DNA from: a virus
Taxonomy: Duplodnaviria; Caudoviricetes
IMG/VR virus record: IMGVR_UViG_3300020239_000022
Coordinates: 1 to 25,073 of that record
DNA length: 25,073 bases
Reading direction: 5' to 3' (one strand)
Shown: in pieces, positions 18,901 through 24,230 of the stretch
Numbering within the stretch: position 1 is the first letter of the stretch
Layout: every line of letters starts with the position of its first letter
Notes under the pieces: model-generated
Databases searched by the model: none
Seen by the model: only the letters and a program-made list of their open reading frames with translations
Told to the model about the DNA's origin: nothing
Translations under genes and position numbers: made by a program

Positions 18901-18986
18901 TATTGCTTTTTTTGCAAAGGAGACCAATTACTTTGGTCTGAGTTAGACCATTTAATTGTTTCATATCCGTATGTTTTAGTTGCCAT
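15963..18986 (-). CDS. 1007-aa protein with an N-terminal tyrosine recombinase/integrase catalytic domain and a long unknown C-terminal region
   Basis: LHTGAR(92)VGDLSSLKLKEIDF, GK(117)G, KRIVPM, LLFPS, H(200)KFR(203)KAWAT, VQEILGH(226), VFY(235): the complete R-K-HxxR-H-Y catalytic set. Confidence 0.85.
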   Translation of the reverse strand: MATKTYGYETIKWSNSDQSNWSPLQKKQYKAMQDNIKSLPKSNVIESGMNMISVSKKNARDFISVNAVLDELKNMGDDYYLLMKMQLHTGARVGDLSSLKLKEIDFDKNLIYIERGKGEGGSGKKKRIVPMSKTMKKDLMELVKLKKLKPNSLLFPSPTDISKPVSDNVVLGRLDKVLQKRGPNGEALFDIKVWNREKTHKFRKAWATMAIQAGLDSKYVQEILGHKDNLMKVFYASDALNPRSSIIKQFDILPEQADILDTHLDFQRQFYEYDRTYQKHIEIDENIKLINRKKEIVNKKIVEQNIKQIDLKTDEEISKFTKTSRYKQSGKSFNQKFAPSVEILSVDDQVDRLKQIELGVTSDKLDIKVPKGTKEPTIGNFPDYSTKEKIDRARMGNWNKAAIAQAVFDKKQTDAIDDMYDRESETKIKKNVILDENNATKAVEESIDALDFNRYNNNVKKMLGNLLDEAAIYKYNAGDMLDWDSSSWDNNSKGLSEIFSGTKFLGNKGAELKLDKKVVNDIFLTLEEVSRFDYLTKRIVDQLDYLQYPPNVANSGAERFKYQKVMIEDALDNFLKTKQGQKFSVGYSNLSGRDLNIREIVDRIAISIQPIGDNKDFSHISRDYLKSVINDNPDAFPEVSDNLKRIYPEEVLNRMRLEPYLQFFNEQGIIDDVVFFSEQELLKDGDLETPLKEKIKFKKDGTVDLRTSTPFVPEIRSTGFNQVFQAAYPDPDQIVVAKGIERTAKRSAVIFNDIDDVEDTTEGDFKQTIKGGYKPTNEHKYVKLLNTTLKGFGKGAAFIIPFYGTSARASAIGLEAAIELGTRSYFADMSTLGEDVLGKELLPTDELGFTPSADPKETRTFLEKSSPEVAAKLISKTKAPEKEVTTGEVYKEKAKDIGRSFIAASAFGTGNPDFFAGTMEELSESELAGAAPDIARRTSDEEISKFLPEKEATVQRRRDDAQRIEDEYGGKIIKKFIRDPKAEEIRNQMNNLNFINQPKGEEDATIR

Positions 18987-20660
18987 CTAGTATCCAAATA
19001 TAGGGTCTTGCACCTCATACCTATCAAATTCTTTAGGTTTTCTAAACCTAGGATGATAGTATGGGCTGTTAACTAATCTTGTCATGCACATATATCTTAA
19101 AGCATCGTAAGCATGATCTTCTGCTTTTGTATCTACATCCTCTGGATTTGTTTTACTTAGAGGTAGTGTAGGTAAAGTTCTTATCAACTGGCTACAGTGA
19201 TTAAATATTCTAAGTCTAGGTTCTCCCATGTCATTCATACCTAAACGTTTATGCATCTCTATCTTACCTGCCAGTCTGTCTCTATTAGAAGCCATCCATC
19301 TTAGATTAAACCTATTCATGGACTCTGCTATACTTAAACCATGCCCTGTTCTACTAAAACATGATTCGTCTAATACTGCTGTTTGCATAGTAGGATCATC
19401 ATACTCTAGTTCCATAATCCTTTCTGCTAACCCTTCTCCTGTGTAGCCTTTTCCGTAAAGCTCTCTATATATCCATAGGTTACCATCATAATCGACAGCA
19501 CCCCATAAAACACAAGAAGGACTAGAGTAACCGTAGTCTGCAGCCCTAATACGAGCCCAAGACCTAGGAATCTCAAAGGGGTCAACAACATGTACTGAAC
19601 GATCAAACTCAGCAAACGCTGCACCATCTGTGACATCCCAGTCTCCTTCTAATAATCTTCTTCTCTCTACTTCTGGTAGAGAATACAACATAGCCTCATA
19701 TTCCCCTGAAGCTATAAGGTAGGGGTTATCCGTTAATCTTGCAGGGATGAATCTTCTTTGGAAGAGGGGCTTTCCTGCTTTTTCTTGGGCTGAGGCTCCG
19801 TATCTGAGGATAGCACCTGATTCAACATCTTTAGCCCAAAAAGGCGTATTTGGCTCGGCAGCATCAATATACATTTTTTTAACCCACCAACCGCCCATTC
19901 CACCTGGGTTAGCTGTGCAACGCATGTACGGTATAATGCTTTGATCCGTAGTACGGAGTCTTGAACGAAGGTACTCCCATACGTAAGGAGTTGGGTAATG
20001 CGTGATTTCATCGATTGCAATCCAGTTAAAACTTTGTCCTTGATATCTTGTAACATCTGTGTCTCTATCTAAATATGAAAATAAAATCGTAGCCCCTGAT
20101 GGGAATACCCAAGTCGATTTACTTTCTCTAAATATAGCTTCTGGGAAAGCCTTCTTATATAATTGCCTACTTTTGTCTATAAGCTCTGTTAGTTCGCCCA
20201 ATGTCCTTCTAAGAAGCAATCCTCTATGATTAGGATTGTGGGCATATCTTAATGCATCTGCAAGTAGGGCATATGATTTACCTCCACCTGCTGCACCACC
20301 ATAAAGAACATCACGTTCAGGTGCTGCTAGGAACTCCATCTGAGGACCTGGATTCGGCTTGAACGCAACTTCCTGTTCCGCAACAAACTCCTGAAACGCA
20401 GTTGGTGCATCCGCAAGCACATCTTCCGTTATCGCAGCCTTTCCCTCTATCGCCTTGTCGAGGTGTTTGAACTTCTGTATCTTTTCTTTCTTTAATTGTT
20501 TCTGCCTCGATAGTTGGTTCTTATGTTTCTTAATCTTCTTGTCTCTATACCGCAACTGGGCTAGAGCAGCTCTACGAGCCTTTTCTTTAGCTGATAATCT
20601 ATACCGACCTTTCTCTCCTTCTTTGAGTTTAGGTCTTCCTTTTTTCTTAGGTGTTTCCAA
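18987..20660 (-). CDS. terL: Terminase large subunit (557 aa)
   Basis: Walker A YGGAAGGGKS, Walker B WIAIDE, motif III CTANPGG, nuclease motifs AADYG and DHAYDALRY. Confidence 0.95.
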   Translation of the reverse strand: METPKKKGRPKLKEGEKGRYRLSAKEKARRAALAQLRYRDKKIKKHKNQLSRQKQLKKEKIQKFKHLDKAIEGKAAITEDVLADAPTAFQEFVAEQEVAFKPNPGPQMEFLAAPERDVLYGGAAGGGKSYALLADALRYAHNPNHRGLLLRRTLGELTELIDKSRQLYKKAFPEAIFRESKSTWVFPSGATILFSYLDRDTDVTRYQGQSFNWIAIDEITHYPTPYVWEYLRSRLRTTDQSIIPYMRCTANPGGMGGWWVKKMYIDAAEPNTPFWAKDVESGAILRYGASAQEKAGKPLFQRRFIPARLTDNPYLIASGEYEAMLYSLPEVERRRLLEGDWDVTDGAAFAEFDRSVHVVDPFEIPRSWARIRAADYGYSSPSCVLWGAVDYDGNLWIYRELYGKGYTGEGLAERIMELEYDDPTMQTAVLDESCFSRTGHGLSIAESMNRFNLRWMASNRDRLAGKIEMHKRLGMNDMGEPRLRIFNHCSQLIRTLPTLPLSKTNPEDVDTKAEDHAYDALRYMCMTRLVNSPYYHPRFRKPKEFDRYEVQDPIFGY

Positions 20661-21096
20661 GTACTTCAGCCTCTACATCTGATAGTTCTAACTCTTCTGC
20701 TTTTTTTGCAGGTAACAAAACAACAGCATGTACGTGTTTGTTTTCTGTTACTACTTCTTGTCGTTTAGATATACCACATCTATCAAGTATGTCAGTTGCT
20801 GCTTCAAACCTAAGTTTCTGTCTAGCTATTGGTTCTTCTGTTGTTCCTGATAAAGCATCCTTTATCTGTCCTACTGCATTAGCTGTTGTCGTTGCTAGCA
20901 ACTCTTTTGCTCTGTCTATAATGTGAGGTCGCATAGCTTTCGATACTGAAGACCTTGAGGACTCCGAATAGCCTGCTTGCAATAGACTTTGGGTGATATT
21001 CCCAAAGGTTTTTTCTCCTTCCGCAAAGTATGCGTCAAGAAAATTCTGTTGTTTCTCTGTTAATTCTTGTGATTTTTTACGTTGTGGTGTTAACAT
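20647..21096 (-). CDS. terS: Terminase small subunit (149 aa)
   Basis: LTEKQQNFLDAY...GNITQSLLQAGYS helix-turn-helix start and AATDILDRCG motif; overlaps the terL start. Confidence 0.8.
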   Translation of the reverse strand: MLTPQRKKSQELTEKQQNFLDAYFAEGEKTFGNITQSLLQAGYSESSRSSVSKAMRPHIIDRAKELLATTTANAVGQIKDALSGTTEEPIARQKLRFEAATDILDRCGISKRQEVVTENKHVHAVVLLPAKKAEELELSDVEAEVLGNT

Positions 21097-21422
21097 TATC
21101 TTGGATATACCTTACCGCCATTGGCGTATCTTTTGTTTTGTGATATATATTTCATTACTCCACCCCTTTTAGCGTAGGTAGAAACGTTAGTAGGCTTACC
21201 TCCTACTCCTTGTGCTTTTGATCTCTTACGTCTTACAGCACTAGCCCTTTGGCTTTTAGACATTCTATTTGCTTGTGCTCTAGGAACACACTTAGGATAT
21301 TTTCTTTTAGAACCTCTAGCAGACTTTCTACCGCAGGATTGAAACTTACCATCTACCTTTTTGGCTCCTATATCTACCCAATCGCCTTTCGGTCCTTTGC
21401 CAAACCATTCTTTTAGGCTCAC
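21096..21422 (-). CDS. Small basic protein (108 aa), DUF5872-like C-terminal half
   Basis: GTG start overlapping the upstream TGA; LKEWF...WVDIG...CGR...KYPKCVP motif seen in phage/viral basic proteins; ends in KRYANGGKVYPR. Confidence 0.7.
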   Translation of the reverse strand: MSLKEWFGKGPKGDWVDIGAKKVDGKFQSCGRKSARGSKRKYPKCVPRAQANRMSKSQRASAVRRKRSKAQGVGGKPTNVSTYAKRGGVMKYISQNKRYANGGKVYPR

Positions 21423-21589
21423 TTATAACCTCCGCCACGTTTTTTATATTCTCTAACTAGCCATGCATTTGCATATGCTGAAGGGTAAACCTTAAATTTT
21501 CTTTTAGCTGCTGCTTTTACAGAAGCATATAGTTTAGGATTTGTAGGTGTAGGACCCTTCTTCTTTGTTTTTTTCTTTTTAGCTGCCAT
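21419..21589 (-). CDS. Small basic protein (56 aa), DUF5872-like N-terminal half
   Basis: Not in the ORF track. MAAKKKKTKKKGPTPTNPKLYASVKAAAKRKFKVYPSAYANAWLVREYKKRGGGYK; coupled at both ends (TAATG, GTGA). Confidence 0.85.
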   Translation of the reverse strand: MAAKKKKTKKKGPTPTNPKLYASVKAAAKRKFKVYPSAYANAWLVREYKKRGGGYK

Positions 21590-21768
21590 TAGTTGTACCT
21601 ACGTAACAAATGTTCTACACCTCTGTAAGAACCTCGCCTATAACTAACTTTCATTTTTGTTCTGTCAAGTCTGTAATCAGTACCTCTATATTTTTTTTGA
21701 AGACCTTTTCTTATGTTAACTAGAGGATATTTAATAGTTTTTAAATTTGTTTTATGTATTCTTTCCAT
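21589..21768 (-). CDS. Small basic hypothetical protein (59 aa)
   Basis: Start moved from 21780 to the ATG at 21768, which overlaps the upstream TAA; K/R-rich with two YRG motifs. Confidence 0.6.
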   Translation of the reverse strand: MERIHKTNLKTIKYPLVNIRKGLQKKYRGTDYRLDRTKMKVSYRRGSYRGVEHLLRRYN

Positions 21769-22067
21769 TAGCACTTCCACCTTCTTCTAGCTTGCCTAAT
21801 ACGTGAATTAGGATTGTTTCTTGTTTTAGCAGAACTTCTTTTCAGTTGTCCCAGTGATCTTGCACAATAAGACTTACGTCTTTTTGCTGCCTTACTACCT
21901 TTCTTTACTTTACCAGTTACGGCTGTCTTCAGTTTAGAACCAGGGTTTGCCTTTCTGTAGGCTCTTACACCCTTGGCTGTCATACCTGCACCTTTCTTAG
22001 TAGGTCGGTAATTAGCACCCTTACCTTTTGTAGTTTTAGGTATGGACTTGGCTTTCTTCCTAGCCAT
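21768..22067 (-). CDS. Small basic protein (99 aa), DUF6321-like
   Basis: GMTAKGVRAYRKANPGSKLKTAV...RRKSYCARS...PNSRIRQARRRWKC, a widespread phage basic-protein pattern. Confidence 0.8.
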   Translation of the reverse strand: MARKKAKSIPKTTKGKGANYRPTKKGAGMTAKGVRAYRKANPGSKLKTAVTGKVKKGSKAAKRRKSYCARSLGQLKRSSAKTRNNPNSRIRQARRRWKC

Positions 22068-22297
22068 TACATAGTTCCCATAGGTTTCCTTGGGTTAGGC
22101 ATGTTAGCACTTCCACCATACTTTTTGTTTTCAGATGTATAGTTTTTCATTTTGCCACCGTAAGACATTTTCTTTCTAGTCTTACATACGTTGCCGCCAT
22201 GACCCATATCTTTTTTAGGTTTATCAAAAACTCCTATTTGCATAAGATAATCTTTTCTGGTAATCTTACCATCACCACTATGATCTTTTAAACTCAT
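22067..22297 (-). CDS. Small basic protein with an EF-hand-like loop (76 aa)
   Basis: DHSGDGKITRKD loop followed by MGHGG, MSYGG and KKYGG motifs; TAATG coupling at both ends. Confidence 0.75.
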   Translation of the reverse strand: MSLKDHSGDGKITRKDYLMQIGVFDKPKKDMGHGGNVCKTRKKMSYGGKMKNYTSENKKYGGSANMPNPRKPMGTM

Positions 22298-22752
22298 TAT
22301 ATATTCCCCTTTCTTGGATATATTTTACCGCCATTGGCATATCTTTTATTCATGGATGCATAGGCTTTTCCACCACCCATCATGTCTTTTTTCTTTTTCT
22401 CACCATGAACTTTACCACCGCCCTTTTTGCGTGTAGGGGCAGCACCTGGAAGGTTTCTCTTGAAATTTAAATCTTCCATTCGTGACCTGTATCTATCATA
22501 GGTTTTAGGTGGTGAGGCACCTATTGAACGTTTTGGTGGTTTAGCAGGTAGTAAACGCTTCATTCTTTTTACATCCGCATCAGATACTGACTTACCGCCC
22601 TCCATATCTTGATTTCTCATTGCCATCAGTATAGCTAGTTGTTCTTCTAATTTTTTTATTCTATCTTTATCAGATTCAGATTTTATGTCTTTTTTAAGTT
22701 CTCTTATTTTTCTAGACGCAACACCTGATTTACCTGGTTTGTATCTTGCCAC
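22297..22752 (-). CDS. Basic hypothetical protein (151 aa), first gene of the packaging operon
   Basis: GTG start with a strong TAAGGAG RBS; K/R-rich; ends in YASMNKRYANGGKIYPRKGNI. Confidence 0.8.
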   Translation of the reverse strand: MARYKPGKSGVASRKIRELKKDIKSESDKDRIKKLEEQLAILMAMRNQDMEGGKSVSDADVKRMKRLLPAKPPKRSIGASPPKTYDRYRSRMEDLNFKRNLPGAAPTRKKGGGKVHGEKKKKDMMGGGKAYASMNKRYANGGKIYPRKGNI

Positions 22753-22889
22753 TGTTTATCTCCTTATATTAGTAAATGCCTACAGAAGGGTGAGGAGAGG
22801 TAGAGAAAAACGTTGCATCTTCCTATGGCTTGCAAGCTCTTGATGGGTTACATATACTACCTCTCGAGGTAACCCCCTTCATGTACCCT

Positions 22890-22918
22890 ATTATAGAATC
22901 AATGTTGCATTTTGTCAA
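22890..22918 (-). promoter_or_regulatory. Perfect-consensus sigma70 promoter for the packaging/morphogenesis operon
   Basis: Minus strand TTGACA (22918-22913), 17-nt spacer, TATAAT (22895-22890); A/T tract upstream (UP-element-like). Confidence 0.85.
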
Positions 22919-22937
22919 CACAAAAAAAAATTTTTAC

Positions 22938-22966
22938 TTGACAGTATGCATATTTGCATGTACAAT
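22938..22966 (+). promoter_or_regulatory. Divergent sigma70 promoter
   Basis: TTGACA (22938-22943), 17-nt spacer, TACAAT (22961-22966). Confidence 0.8.
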
Positions 22967-22970
22967 GGAC

Positions 22971-23044
22971 TTAACCCTCCTGGGGTTAATACTATATATA
23001 GGTAGGCTTTTAATCTCCCTCAGTTTCTGACTGGGGGTTTTTTT
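22971..23044 (+). ncRNA. Putative small non-coding RNA of about 70-75 nt
   Basis: Bounded by the promoter above and an intrinsic terminator; 5' hairpin TTAACCC-TCCTG-GGGTTAA; no ATG-initiated ORF inside. Confidence 0.55.
23017..23044 (+). terminator. Rho-independent terminator
   Basis: CCCTCAGT-TTCTG-ACTGGGGG stem (one U-G pair) followed by 7 T. Confidence 0.8.
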
Positions 23045-23514
23045 ATGTCTCCTATTAAGAGTAGGCAAAACTTATTGCGACTCATTCTCAACTAACTAAA
23101 AATTAGAAAAAATCTGGCATCTGTGTATACGTAGGTGTGGGTGGGGGGTAGTGTCGCTTGCGTACCCCATAATGGCTGTAATTAGCCATTTTACCTGATG
23201 CTTAATTAATCTTTTAATTAATTACATAGTCTTCCTTTTTTAAACCTTGCACAATTCCACCAATAAAAGCACCTAGAAAAATCAATCAATACATCAATAG
23301 CATTAATCAAATACATTTCGCACACATACACGCCATTAAAGAACATTCTGACAAATCAATTTAATATTTTTTAGGGTCAATGGGGAGGGGGTGGGCGTGT
23401 CCTTTTAACATCAAATAAAGAGGGTACTGGCGTTTTATAATTATATATCAAATACTTTCGACAATATTACTGGTTAAATCGTTTAATACATATAAGCAAC
23501 TTATGGAGTTTAAT

Positions 23515-23679
23515 ATGTTACAGAATGAAAAGATTAAATTGTTTCAGAAGTTCCTTGAATATTTACAAGGTAACGAAGAATTAACCAGTCAAGATTGTGA
23601 ATTAATAGAATTATATGGTGAAGAGTTCGACCTGTGGATTGATTACATTATGAGCAAAGAAAAACCCCCCTTAAATTAA
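23515..23679 (+). CDS. Small acidic hypothetical protein (54 aa)
   Basis: Not in the ORF track. MLQNEKIKLFQKFLEYLQGNEELTSQDCELIELYGEEFDLWIDYIMSKEKPPLN; GGAG 6 nt upstream; alternative ATG at 23503; stop lies inside the convergent hairpin. Confidence 0.55.
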   Translation: MLQNEKIKLFQKFLEYLQGNEELTSQDCELIELYGEEFDLWIDYIMSKEKPPLN

Positions 23680-23690
23680 TAAGAGGGGTT
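23656..23690 (-). terminator. Rho-independent terminator (copy A of a repeated 3' element)
   Basis: Minus strand AACCCCTCTTA-TTAATT-TAAGGGGGGTT then TTTCTTT. Confidence 0.8.
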
Positions 23691-23719
23691 AGGGAGGGAT
23701 TCCTAAAAGTAGGCGTTTA
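23657..23719. repeat. About 63-bp intergenic repeat, copy A
   Basis: AAGAAAAACCCCCCTT-AAATTAAT-AAGAGGGG...AGGG...TCCT..A.GTAGGC aligns with 24167-24230. Confidence 0.85.
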
Positions 23720-24112
23720 TTTTATCTTTTTTAAGGGAATAATCCTATTAAATGGTTTATCACTATCAGAAGACAACAAGCCATTTTCTTTCGCAATAGC
23801 ATACCTTTTGTTCTTATACCTTAAACTATCTTGAATTCTTAAAAGGTGGTCTTTCTCTTCATCTGTAAAATAATCAAAGTCGTTCATATCTTCCAGAGCA
23901 CCATACACCGCAAGTAATTCCTTAACTGTTATATTCTCAATCTTGCGTCTGTTAAACTTATCACAATAAGCAAAAGCAGAGTGCAAAGAAGATATTGCGT
24001 CATCTAAAGATTCGCACCTTGTCGAAGTAATACCAAGATTGCGGTAAAGATACCTTGAAAATAAAGTTTCAGTGTATTCATCCATTTCGTTTTTGTTAAA
24101 ATTAACCATCAT
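23717..24112 (-). CDS. Hypothetical protein (131 aa)
   Basis: CAGGAG RBS, own downstream terminator; no recognised motif. Confidence 0.75.
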   Translation of the reverse strand: MMVNFNKNEMDEYTETLFSRYLYRNLGITSTRCESLDDAISSLHSAFAYCDKFNRRKIENITVKELLAVYGALEDMNDFDYFTDEEKDHLLRIQDSLRYKNKRYAIAKENGLLSSDSDKPFNRIIPLKKIK

Positions 24113-24139
24113 TTTCTCCTGTATTTGGTTTATGAATTC

Positions 24140-24168
24140 AAGTTACTTTGATTTGGTTAGTTGGTCAA
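24140..24168 (-). promoter_or_regulatory. Possible sigma70 promoter for the 131-aa gene
   Basis: TTGACC, 17-nt spacer, TAACTT; AACCAAAT occurs in the spacer and again 28 nt downstream. Confidence 0.35.
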
Positions 24169-24230
24169 GAAAAACCCCCCTTGAAATTAATCAAGAGGGG
24201 CACAGGGGAAAATCCTGAAGGTAGGCATTA
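24167..24230. repeat. About 64-bp intergenic repeat, copy B, containing a minus-strand terminator
   Basis: Minus strand CCCCTCTTGA-TTAATT-TCAAGGGGGG-TTTTTCTT; aligns with 23657-23719. Confidence 0.85.

Noticed and set aside
15963-18986. The recombinase gene as an independent mobile element or prophage boundary
   Set aside because: No flanking intergenic DNA, repeats, tRNA or host genes; it abuts terL and overlaps the next gene.
19427-20056. Same-strand alternative-frame ORFs inside terL (and 6308-6547 inside the adaptor)
   Set aside because: They overlap highly constrained domains with no recognisable motif or coupling, unlike the 13635-13862 overlap.
747-20926. Plus-strand ORFs in the track (e.g. 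2981-3184, 9334-9672, 11781-12125, 13691-13942, 15080-15403, 18436-18750, 20651-20926)
   Set aside because: All lie antisense within well-supported minus-strand genes and show the Ser/Pro/Leu/Phe-rich composition typical of shadow frames.
22810-22850. SAM-I or SAM-I/IV riboswitch similarity (CAUCAAGAG...GAUG) in the leader
   Set aside because: Only about 20 nt separate the two P1-like strands, leaving no room for the P3 helix needed for SAM binding, and the downstream genes are unrelated to sulfur metabolism.
22830-23030. 66-aa plus-strand ORF
   Set aside because: TTG start; runs through both promoters, an A-tract and the terminator; better explained as regulatory DNA.
23657-24230. CRISPR array or integron attC interpretation of the intergenic repeats
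   Set aside because: Only two imperfect copies about 500 bp apart, no cas genes, no RYYYAAC/GTTRRRY ends, and no IntI-specific insertion is evident in the recombinase.
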